Both the position numbers and the translations under genes were made by a program. This document shows positions 50,881-60,083 of a DNA stretch of 64,000 nucleotides, piece by piece. Where the stretch lies: assembly GCA_963833745.1 (NCBI GenBank), contig CAWHZD010000003.1, positions 498,407-562,406 on the forward strand. The letters are read 5' to 3'. Under the pieces are notes generated by a model, which had not been told where the DNA came from, made no database searches, and saw nothing but the letters and a program-made list of their open reading frames with translations. This DNA comes from an uncultured Alphaproteobacteria bacterium. Its GTDB lineage: Bacteria; Pseudomonadota; Alphaproteobacteria; ATCC43930; CGMCC-115725. The number at the start of each line of letters is the position of its first letter. Within the stretch, counting starts at the first letter, position 1.

Positions 50881-51163
50881 TCTCGCGCTGAACGCTCTAA
50901 TTACCTCGTTGGGTTATCGGTGGCGATTTGAAGTGTAAGCGTCAGCGGACGATTGCGATCAGTGGTGATGTGGCGAGTTTGGAAGTCTGACGCACCCAGA
51001 TCCACGGTAAGCATCCGGCGAAGGCCGCGGTGCGTTGCGTTCAGGCGGCGGCGTGGATGGCGGCGCTTTTCCAATGCCAGGGCTCGGCAAGCGTCGGTGA
51101 AGGGTGTTGACCCTGAGCCCCCCGTATTCGACAGCTCTTGGGCCGATGCCGGAGACAAGCCCT

Positions 51164-54100
51164 TCAGCCCGCAAGCGGCTCGAATAGGCGCTCTATGTCA
51201 GCGGCATCGAGCAGCGGCCCGGCGGCATCGCGCGCATTGAGAATGCCGGAAGCCAAGGCGCGCTTGCGCTCCTGCAGCTCGATTATGCGCTCCTCGACCG
51301 TGCCCTGGGTTACCAGCTTGTAGACGAACACCGGCTTGTCCTGACCGATGCGGTGCGCCCGATCGGTAGCCTGGTCTTCCACCGCGGGGTTCCACCAGGG
51401 ATCATAGTGGATCACGGTATCGGCGGCGGTCAGGTTGAGCCCGGTGCCGCCGGCACGCAAGCTGATGAGGAACAGCGGCACCTTGCGCTTCTGAAACCTC
51501 GCGACTGGGTCGGCGCGGTCGGTCGTGTTGCCGCGCAACTCGACATAGTCGATCCCGGCGCGCGCCAGCTCCGGCTTGATCAGGTCGAGCATGCTGGTGA
51601 ATTGCGAAAACAGCAGAATACGCCGGCCGTCCTCGATCAGCGGCGGCAGCATCTCCAGCAAATGGCCGAGCTTGACACTCACACTGACGCCGCGCGCGGC
51701 CGCGAGTTTGACGAGGTGCGGATCGCAGCACACCTGGCGCAGCTTCAAGAGGGCGTCAAGAATGACGATGTGGCTGCGGGCCAAGCCCTTGGCCGCCACC
51801 GCCTGCCGCACCTTCTCGTGCATTGCCAGACGCACCGTCTCGTAGAGATCGCGTTGCGGCCCCGCCAATTCGAGCGGTATCGGGATTTCGCTCTTCGGCG
51901 GCAGGTCGGCGGCGACAATCGCCTTGGTCCGCCGCAAGAGAAAGGGCTTGACGCGCGCGGCGAGGACGGCGCGGCGATGACTGTCTTGGCGCTTTTCGAT
52001 CGGGTTCCGAAACACGCGGCCGAAGCGTTTCGCATCGCCAAGCAGGCCTGGCATCAGAAACGCGAATTGCGACCACAGCTCGCCCAGATGGTTCTCGACC
52101 GGCGTACCGGTCAGGCACAGGCGATGGCGGGCGTCGAGCCGGCACACCAACTGCGTAGCCTTGGCCGCGACATTCTTGATCGCCTGCGACTTGTCGAGCA
52201 CTGCGATATGCCATGCGATCGGCAGCAGCCGGTCGGCGTCGCGCGGCAGCAGCGCGTAGGTGGTCACGACGAGGTCGCTGTTGGCGATCTCACCAAACCG
52301 CTTGGCGCGGTCGGAGCCATGCAGCGAGAGGACGCGCAGCTCCGGTGCGAGACGTGCCGCCTCGGCGCACCAATTCGGCACTACACTGGTCGGGCAGATG
52401 ACAAGGCAGGGCCGGTCAAGCCGCCCTTCGCGCTTCTCGACAAGGACATGGGCGAGCGTCTGCACGGTCTTTCCGAGGCCCATATCGTCGGCGAGAATGC
52501 CGCCGAGATCGAACGCGCGCAGGAATTGCAGCCAGTCGAGCCCGGCTTGTTGATACAAGCGGAGCTGCGTCTTGAGCCCGGCGGGCGGCGCCACCTTCTC
52601 GATCTGCGCAAAGGCCTTGAGACGCTGCACCAACGCGCGCAGCCGCTCGCCGCCAAGCCAGCGCAGGCGCGTCGCGGCCTCGATTGCGGCGAGCGCGGCG
52701 CCTTCCCCGACCGAGATGTCGAGCCCGCCGCCCGGTGACAGGGTTTCCGGGTGGTACAGCTCGACGAGCGCCGACAGGATCGCCTTGGTGCGGTCGAGAG
52801 GCAGGGCAACAAGGCGGCCGTCGGCGAGGGTGCCGAACACGATGCCGTTATGCGCCAGCGCATCGAGACTGTCGGCCATGCCCTGCTGAGGCAGCTGCCG
52901 CACGAGCGAGGTCAGCACCGGCAGCAGCGTCACCCGCTCGCCACCCACATCGATGCCCAGATCGAGCGAGAACCACCAGCCGCTGCCTTCGGATACCGCG
53001 GCCGTCCACTCGCCGCTGCCGTCCACGACGCGATGGCGAAAGCCGTCCTCGAACTCGATCCGCCAACCCTCGGCTTCGAGTGTCGGTACCGCTTCGTAGA
53101 CGAAGCCCGGCCATCCTGCCGCATCCTCGTGCAAACCCAACGCGAGATAGGCGCCATCGCTGCTGCGTTTGCTGAAATCGCAGGCTAGTCCCAGACCCAA
53201 CCGTCGCAGCTGGTCGTATGCCGCTCGTTCGGCGGCGATGTCCCGACGCTGTACCACAAGCCGCCCACCTTCGACCCGGCGCATCTCCTCGGGCGCGGCG
53301 GCGAGATCGATCACCCGCCCGTCATAGGCAAAGCCGAGCAGCGCGATATCGACGCTCTCGTCGGCCTCTCGCGACGGCACCCGATAACCCCAATTGCGCC
53401 GCCGGTTGGCTAGGTGCAGCACCGGGACCGGCGCGGCATCTCGGACCTCCTCGGCGATGTCGGCGCGCGGGCGCGGCAGGGCGAAATCGCGGAAATCGCA
53501 CTCGAAAACGCCGCCGAGCGCTGCCGCCTGCACGGGGTCGATCGGCGGTGCCGCCAGGAACGCGCCGACAGCCCTGACGGCAGATCGAATTCGAGCGGCC
53601 CGGCAAGGCGGGCCTCGGGATCGACATACCAGGGCGCGGCGCAGGGCAAGCCGATCGCCCCACCCTCGATGTCGACAATGGCCGCGCTCTGGTGCCCATT
53701 CTCGCCGAGCTGCCAGCCGAGTCGGGCCGACCGCTGCGGCCCGAGTGCAAGCGGCGGGCTCGCGATCTCGTGCCAGCGGCACCGGCCGGTCGCGATGATG
53801 TGCTCCATCACCAGATGGAGCGTACCGGGATCGTCAGGAAGCTGCGGCGATCCGAAGGAAAGGCTCCGCATCAACCGGGCGATCAGCCGATCTTCGGGCT
53901 GGACATATTTTGCCGTCGAGGTTTCGAGTCCGGACGGGCAAGCCCGGTCGCTGCCGTAAGCTCCGCTCTTCAGCACCCGTGCGACGCGCAGATCGAGCGC
54001 GAAGGGCTGGCCCGGACGGGGCGAAGTATCGACACGGAAGACGATCTCTTCGGGGGTGCGGGCGGGTTTGCTCGACCCGCGCTTTAGCCGATCGAGCCAG

Positions 54101-54588
54101 CCAGCAACCGAACCACCGAGCGGGTCGGCGGCGATCCCCTGCGGCGGGTTGCGTAGCGCCTCCAGCAGCACCGCGGCGACGTGCTTGCAATCGATGACCA
54201 CCGGGCAGCTGCACTGGCCCGACAGCCGGATCCGTGGACCCAGCTTGATCTGGGCAAAGACGTGGTAGGGCCGCTTGCGCGTCCCCTGGACGTCGGCGAT
54301 GAGCCGCTGCCCACCGTTGTCGGCGTGCAGATCGCGCACCGCGCCGCTGCGTTGATACGAGCGCCCCTTATCGAGTTCGTACCCGAGGCAGCGGCGAATG
54401 TCGCTTTCGTCATAGGGGAGGGCAAGCGAACCCCGCGACAAGCGCAGCGGAAGGACATCGTTCAAGGTGGCCTCCGGCTGACCGAAGTGCCGACAGTTCA
54501 TGATCGGGCGCCGGCGGGTGTCAAGCATCGCCGCCCCGCGTTGATACGCTCGGGAACATGCGCCGCATACTGACCGGCAACGGGGCAC
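51164..54588 (-). pseudogene. SWIM zinc-finger / SNF2-family helicase, frameshifted near 53555-53575
   Basis: The N-terminal ORF (53410..54588) has the SWIM motif CSCPVVIDCKHVAAVL. The C-terminal ORF (51164..53782) has SNF2 motifs LADDMGLGKT, LTGTPVENHLGELWS and DPWWNPAVEDQATDRAHRIGQ. The two ORFs overlap in different frames. Motif II reads VLDKSQ instead of the expected DEAQ/DEAH. Confidence 0.85.
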
Positions 54589-54606
54589 CCCAGCGGCGAA
54601 TCGCGG

Positions 54607-54792
54607 TTAAGCGGCGGTGGCTTCGGCGAGCGGGGCACCCCAGTTCCAAGGCAGGAGTTCGTCGAGCCGGGCAGCCGGGTGATCATTGATTCGACGGAGC
54701 ACGTCGGCCAGCCAAGCCTGAGGATCGATGTCGTTCATCTTGGCGGTAACGATGAGGCTATACATGAACGCTGCCCGCTCTCCACCGCGATC
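54607..54792 (-). pseudogene. Orphan C-terminal remnant of an IS66-family transposase, fused in frame to the IS1595 transposase ORF
   Basis: The last 62 codons of ORF 54607..55683 read SDRGGERAAFMYSLIVTAKMNDIDPQAWLADVLRRINDHPAARLDELLPWNW, the conserved IS66 TnpC C-terminus. Confidence 0.7.
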
Positions 54793-55683
54793 GGAGGGCG
54801 GGTGGGCTGCGGCGATGCCGAGCAAGGAACGGAATGCGGCATGCCGGGTATGGCGGCGATTGAAGCGGAAGACGAACTCGTCGAGATAGATCTGGAGGTG
54901 CTTGCGGCGCAGGCCGTGATAGACGCCCAAGGCCCAGATCTTGAGATTGGAGAAGACGCGGTGCGCCCAGGGCAGGATGATATGGGCGGCCATTTTGCCG
55001 ACGACGTGGGGATCGTGATTGACACCGGGGGCGCCGGGATATCCCGACCATCCGTCGGTCTTAGCGGTGGCGCCGGGCGCGAGATTGGCTTTGAGAAAAG
55101 AGTGCAGACTGTGAGCCGAGTAATCGGGCACCTGGCTGAGGCGGATACGGCCGGGGGCTCTGCCATCCTCGATCTCGACCGCCCCGACGACCAGGATCTT
55201 GCCCTGATGACTACGACCGCCGCCACCGGTGAGCGGATCATTCTTGCTGCGGCAGACGATCTCGGTCTCGTCGACTTCGACCCAGCCGGCGAGCGCGCTG
55301 CGGCCCGGCGCCACCATGCTGCGGCGCAGCTTGGCGGCCATCAGCCAGGCCGATTTGTACGAGCCCAGAGCGAGCTGGCGTTGCAGTTGCAGTGCCGAGA
55401 TGCCGTTGGAATGGGTCGCCATCAGATAGGCCGCCCAGAACCAGGTGGTCAGCGGCAGCTTGGAATGGTGCATGATCGTGCCGGCGGTCACCGAAGTCTG
55501 TTTGCCACAGCCGGCGCATTCCCAGGTCCAGGCCTTGGTTTGTAGCTGCCAAGCTTTGCTTCCGCCGCAAGCGGGGCAGACAAAGCCGTGCCGCCAGCGT
55601 GCCGTGAAGAGGTAGGCGACGCAGGCCGCCTCATCCGGAAAGCAGCTCTGGAACTCGATCAGGGAGCGCGGAAAATCGGGCAT
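54793..55683 (-). CDS. IS1595-family (ISXO2-like) transposase
   Basis: N-terminal zinc ribbon (CPACGG...CAGCGKQTSVTAGT), then ISALQLQRQLGL.SYKSAW, VEVDET and FVFRFNRR. The native stop appears to be lost into the IS66 remnant. Confidence 0.8.
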
Positions 55684-55738
55684 GATGGCCTCGCGAACCG
55701 GACATTGTTCGCTTTATGTTCTAACACTGTCGAGGCCC

Positions 55739-56263
55739 TCACGCCACCACAAATAGGGCTCCCGGATGCAGAGGGATAAGCCTTTCCCAGTGATATGGGA
55801 ATGGCAACGTTGCTGAGGGTAAAACCCTACCAGCAGCCGGAGCAAGACCCTGACAAGAGGTATTCATAGGAATGACGATTGTATTCAAGCTGGTCCCGGC
55901 CGGAAAGCTGCTTATAGTAGAATTGGTGGCACGGATAGTGACGTTGGTTGCTGGCTCGTGTCCGGTATTAACAAGTATGAGGCGCAGAAAAAGAGGCTGA
56001 CCGTTTTCTATTGGCAAAACAAGTCCAAGTTCAAATGGATAGACCCATGCGCGTTCAGTGAATGTGAGAGCACGGTTAGTTGCAATCACACCCCATGCGC
56101 CGACCGCCACGAGTAAGAGTGTGGCAATGAGTGCGGCAATAGCAGTGTAGGGGAGAGAACCCTCGCGCGTTCTCGAGAGTGTATTTCCTAAGAGTAGGCC
56201 AATGAGAAGCGCAGCGATGAATACGGCACCGATGACGCTGCCCAGAGTTGCAGCCACGGTCAA
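55739..56263 (-). CDS. Hypothetical membrane protein (two N-terminal TM helices plus a beta-rich domain)
   Basis: Distinctly lower-GC ORF. It overlaps the upstream ORF by 4 nt (ATGA-type coupling). I recognise no family. Its 3' end abuts the IS1595 end and may be truncated. Confidence 0.5.
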   Translation of the reverse strand: MTVAATLGSVIGAVFIAALLIGLLLGNTLSRTREGSLPYTAIAALIATLLLVAVGAWGVIATNRALTFTERAWVYPFELGLVLPIENGQPLFLRLILVNTGHEPATNVTIRATNSTISSFPAGTSLNTIVIPMNTSCQGLAPAAGRVLPSATLPFPYHWERLIPLHPGALFVVA

Positions 56264-56469
56264 CGCCTGCGGGGCTTCCCGCCGTGGCTCGGCCCCATGC
56301 CCGGCCGCAGCGGCGGAGGCAGTTCCGGCCGAGGCTTCGGCGGATCGAGCTTCGCCAGGATCGCTTTGAGCGGGTCCAGGCGTGGCGCGAGCGGGAAAGG
56401 GTCGTGATCGATCGTCCGCCGCAACAGCGCGATCAGCGACCGCTCCTCGTCGTCGGTGAGGTCGAGCAC
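56260..56469 (-). CDS. Hypothetical small protein (69 aa, Pro-rich C-terminus)
   Basis: Its position within the tightly packed operon and a plausible N-terminal helix (MLDLTDDEERSLIALLRRTIDHD). I recognise no family. Confidence 0.45.
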   Translation of the reverse strand: MLDLTDDEERSLIALLRRTIDHDPFPLAPRLDPLKAILAKLDPPKPRPELPPPLRPGMGPSHGGKPRRR

Positions 56470-56472
56470 GGC

Positions 56473-56712
56473 TTAGAACCAGTGCAGTCCGTGCGCGAGT
56501 AGGGCGAACACCCCGACAAAACCGCCGATCATGAAGCGCAGCAGCCAGAGGAAATCGGTGTGTTGCTGCGCGCGCATTTGTTGAAGATCGCCATGGAATT
56601 CGGTGCGCATCAGCCGCAATTCAGACCGGATGTCGGCGAGTGCGGTCGCGGTATCCCGCGCGATCTGTTCGAGCACCGCAACCCTCCGATCGACGTCGTG
56701 CAGCTCACTCAT
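56473..56712 (-). CDS. Hypothetical coiled-coil protein with a C-terminal TM anchor (79 aa)
   Basis: Reads MSELHDVDRRVAVLEQIARDTATALADIRSELRLMRTEFHGDL... followed by the hydrophobic FLWLLRFMIGGFVGVFALLAHGL. Its start overlaps the recombinase stop by 4 nt. Confidence 0.55.
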   Translation of the reverse strand: MSELHDVDRRVAVLEQIARDTATALADIRSELRLMRTEFHGDLQQMRAQQHTDFLWLLRFMIGGFVGVFALLAHGLHWF

Positions 56713-57470
56713 GCCGCCGCCTCGGCCACGCCATTCGTCTGGCGCGCCAGGATCTTGGCAATCGACTGGTGCGAGATGCTGAAGCCCTGGGCGCGCAAGG
56801 CGTCGCGGATCTCCATCAGCGACTTTCCGTCGTGCCGCATCTTCTTCATGTCGCGGAGCGCCTGTCGTTCGCCCGGATCCTCGACCAGCCGGCGGCCGCG
56901 GCCGGGCCCGACAGGTTCGCCAAGCTGCCAGCCGAACGGGCGAGCGCAGCCCAAATGCACGCCTCGGAGCCGCATAGCAGATTTGGCGTCGGCAATGCGC
57001 TCGCCGATGCGCGCGCGTTCGAACTGCGCCACAGCCGACATGATCGTCAGCACCAGTTCGCTGATGCCGTTGCCCGAGACGTCACCGCCCAAATCGAGCA
57101 GGTGCAAAGATATCTTGCGCTGCTTGAAGCTGGCGATCGTTTCCAGGGCATCGAGCGCACTTCGAAAAACCCGATCGAGCTTCGCCGCAATTACCTGGTC
57201 GCCCGGTTTCAGCACCTGCAGCAGGCGCGAGCCCTCCGGGCGGGCGGCAAGCGCGATCGAGCCCGAGACGGCCCGGTCGACATAGGTGTGTTCGATCGTC
57301 CAGCCGTTTTCCAAAGCTCTGCCGGCACAGCGCCTGGTCTGTTCTTCGAGGCTCAGACCGGACTCGGCCTGGCCGGCGCTCGAAACTCGAGCATAGGCGT
57401 AGCAGCGCGGCGCGGCCGCGGATTGAACGAGAGGTTTGGGCGCACGTAAATTGTTCTTAGCCATTGTCAT
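56709..57470 (-). CDS. Serine recombinase (resolvase/invertase family)
   Basis: CYAYARVSSAGQ (catalytic Ser), LDRVFRS, TIMSAVAQFERARIGERI and the C-terminal HTH GKSLMEIRDALRAQGFSISHQSIAKIL. The start is at ATG 57470 (MTMAKNN...), inside the longer ORF to 57752. Confidence 0.88.
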   Translation of the reverse strand: MTMAKNNLRAPKPLVQSAAAPRCYAYARVSSAGQAESGLSLEEQTRRCAGRALENGWTIEHTYVDRAVSGSIALAARPEGSRLLQVLKPGDQVIAAKLDRVFRSALDALETIASFKQRKISLHLLDLGGDVSGNGISELVLTIMSAVAQFERARIGERIADAKSAMRLRGVHLGCARPFGWQLGEPVGPGRGRRLVEDPGERQALRDMKKMRHDGKSLMEIRDALRAQGFSISHQSIAKILARQTNGVAEAAA

Positions 57471-57848
57471 GTTTGTCCCATGATGGTGGTTAGAGGCGTC
57501 GTGGCCATTGGCAGTGGCCGCGGCGTCTCGCTTCCCGAGAAGCGATTTAAATATACCCACGGCTTGATGCCCCTGCGAGTTAAATCGCGGCGATTTGGGT
57601 GATTGACGGGTCCTAACCAACGAAAGCGGGTGAGAAAACCTCAACCGGTCGGCCTCGTCACTTTTTGCCGCCTCGTTTGTAAGGGCGGCAAACGGCGGTC
57701 GCGAAAAATAATTTTCCCCCGTCTTTACTGATTGCTCCCTCCACCCTTCCACGGTGCAGGTGAGCGTGATTGTAACGGATCAGACCGCGTCGTCCGGAGA
57801 CGGTCTGCCGCGCCGCCGCTCGGCAGGTCAGATCCGATCCCTGATCGG

Positions 57849-58646
57849 CTAGCGATAGGCTAAGGACCAACCTACCCCGCGCAGCCAGCAATCCGTCTCC
57901 GGCACGTCGTCGCGCCGGTAAAGGCGCGTCACCTCCTGCACCCGGCCCTTTTCGAGCGCCGCGGCGAGCGCGGCCTCAGATTCCGCGTCACGCATTCCCT
58001 CACACGGAAAGATCGCTACGGCGGAGATCCTCTGCACATGAAAATCATTGCCCCGGCGCTCGATGCGAAACACCACGCCCTGCTGCACATCGCCGCCTGG
58101 AAATTCACCTGCGGTCAGCGGCAGGATCAGTCGCCCGCCCTCGGCCAGGCGATCGAGCCATGGCTCCGCCGGCTTGGTAGCGCCGGCGTTGACATAGATG
58201 ATTTCGGCGCTTTCGAAGGCGACGCGCGCCCCATCGCCTTGCATGACCCGGACATTGCGCGCTCCGGCGAAATTTGCAGCGAGCCGCGCGGCCAGCCCGG
58301 GATCCAATTCGATCGCCGTTACCCTGCCCCGGCGACCGACGAGTTGATGCAATATCGCGGTGTAATAGCCGACCCCGGCGCCGACATGCACGGCGTGCTC
58401 GCCGACCCTCGGCGCGGCACTGGCGATCAGCGCGGCGTGCAACGATGGTTGGCCGTTGTTGAGGTGGCGTTCGGGTATGATCCCGACCACCACGTCGTCG
58501 TAGAGGTAGACGGGGTTCCGGCTCGGAGTCGGTACATAACCCCGCCCCCAGCGTGCCACTTGCCAGGGGCCGCGCCCGAGAAAATCCTCGCGCTTGACCG
58601 CCGCGAAGGCGGCCTCGATGCGCCGGACAAAAACCGATCGGCAGGC
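57849..58646 (-). CDS. Protein-L-isoaspartate O-methyltransferase (PCMT)-family protein, start codon unresolved
   Basis: SAM motif VHVGAGVGYYTA and RVTAIELDPGL. The conserved N-terminal block RIEAAFAAVKREDFLGRGPWQ is in frame upstream of the first possible start (GTG 58559). No ATG/GTG/TTG lies between it and the in-frame stop at 58647-58649. Confidence 0.7.
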   Translation of the reverse strand, partial: ACRSVFVRRIEAAFAAVKREDFLGRGPWQVARWGRGYVPTPSRNPVYLYDDVVVGIIPERHLNNGQPSLHAALIASAAPRVGEHAVHVGAGVGYYTAILHQLVGRRGRVTAIELDPGLAARLAANFAGARNVRVMQGDGARVAFESAEIIYVNAGATKPAEPWLDRLAEGGRLILPLTAGEFPGGDVQQGVVFRIERRGNDFHVQRISAVAIFPCEGMRDAESEAALAAALEKGRVQEVTRLYRRDDVPETDCWLRGVGWSLAYR

Positions 58647-58870
58647 TTAAAGCAGCCCACCTGCGGAATGTTGCCGTCGCAGCCTTCCCACGAGACTTCG
58701 GCGAAGGCAGGGCGAAGCCGATCTGCAAGCGGCTCTTAGTCGACGGCCTGCATCGCGCGGCTGATCCGAAGCACCGTCCCGGCGCCGACATGCTGCTCAC
58801 GGGGAATTGCCGACATGCCCCTCCGAAGGATTTAGCCGAGGATGAAACGCCTCGGGCACCCGCCGTCGCA

Positions 58871-59461
58871 TCAGTCCTTCCACAAACCATCAAACCGGTT
58901 TGCTGACATCCTCGTATACCGCATCGTGTTCTGCACGTTGCGGTGCCCCAGATAAGCCGCGAGCGATAGCGAATCCATACCCTGGTTGACGAGCTTAAAG
59001 CCGGTGCCGTGCCGCAACAGATGCGGATGTACATCGGCCAAGCCGCAGCGCGCCCCGGCCTTAGCCAGAAGCCGCGCAAAACCGTCGCGCGTCATCGGGC
59101 CGCCATGGACGGTCACAAACAGGAATCGCGAACCAACCGGCAGCGCCCGGCGCAGCTTGCGCAAGCCGCGGATCTCGCGCCCGCCCAGCGGATGCACGCT
59201 CGCATCTGAGCCTTTCAAGCGCCGCACCTGGATCATTGCCCCCTCGAGGTCGATCTGGCGCCATTCGAGGTTGACGAGCTCGCTAACACGCAGCCCGTGG
59301 CGATAGGCCATCAGGATCATCAGCCGGTCGCGCTCGTTGGCGGCGGCTCTGATCAGACGCTCGACTTCGTCCTCGGTCAGGTAGGCGCGCTTGCTCTCAG
59401 TCTGCAATTCAGTGTTCGGTGCGGGTTCTGTTCTCAAGGCGCGCGGCGCGGTTTTGCTCAT
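58871..59461 (-). CDS. Small tyrosine recombinase (FimB/FimE-like DNA invertase/integrase)
   Basis: Reads LTEDEVERLI....N.RD.LMILMAYRHGLRVSEL..L.W..ID, HLLRHGTGFKL and LGHRNVQNTMRYT (R..HxxR..H..Y catalytic pattern). The start is at ATG 59461 after AGAGGGAG. Confidence 0.85.
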   Translation of the reverse strand: MSKTAPRALRTEPAPNTELQTESKRAYLTEDEVERLIRAAANERDRLMILMAYRHGLRVSELVNLEWRQIDLEGAMIQVRRLKGSDASVHPLGGREIRGLRKLRRALPVGSRFLFVTVHGGPMTRDGFARLLAKAGARCGLADVHPHLLRHGTGFKLVNQGMDSLSLAAYLGHRNVQNTMRYTRMSANRFDGLWKD

Positions 59462-59726
59462 GTGCTGGCTCCCTCTAGTCTGCAATATGGTTTCTTTGCA
59501 GACTGCTGCAAGGCTCTTGTGCGGATGAGAGACAGGCGTGATCCAGGCCCAACTTCCGCGGTTTTGGGTGATGCGGTTGCTGGGGATCGCAGAAATGCTG
59601 GGGTTGCGACGACACCGCTCGCATTGTGGTGCTAAATGATCGACATTTTTGTGATTGAGACGGTTTATTTATCTTGAGAAGTGGCGACGAATCGTGGTGC
59701 CCTTGCCGCAAGCAGGGTGCCGCGCC

Positions 59727-59975
59727 ATGTTCGTCCGCGTCAAGAAGATCGGAGCCTATGAGTACCTCTACCTCGTCGAGAACGCACGCGAGGGCGGGCG
59801 CCACGTTCAGCGCGTCATCAAGGCGCTCGGCCGGCGCGACGAGGTCGAAGCCTCCGGCCTGATCGACGGGCTGATCGCCTCGGCGGCGCGGCATTCGCGA
59901 CGGACGATCGTGCTGTCGAGCTTCTATCGCGGCGAGTTGCCGGAACTGCGCCGCGTCAGCATCGGACCCGATTTG
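59727..59975 (+). pseudogene. N-terminal fragment of an IS1634/IS4-family transposase
   Basis: MFVRVKKIGAYEYLYLVENAREGGRHVQRVIKALGRRDEV is the characteristic IS1634-group N-terminus. It is truncated by the left end of the outer IS21 element. Confidence 0.65.
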
Positions 59976-60083
59976 GTGTTCGGTGGCTCTGCTATCGAAT
60001 TTTGGCCCAGCAATGCTGGCGAATTTTGGCCCACCCCCCGCCCCTCAACCTAGGGTCGCCCCGATTGGATCGGGGGACCTGGA

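Noticed and set aside
57664-57692. A 9-bp stem hairpin, TTTGCCGCC-N11-GGCGGCAAA, considered as a terminator of the PCMT-like gene.
   Set aside because: No U-tract follows the stem on the minus strand, and it lies about 160 nt past the stop. At best it is a weak structure.
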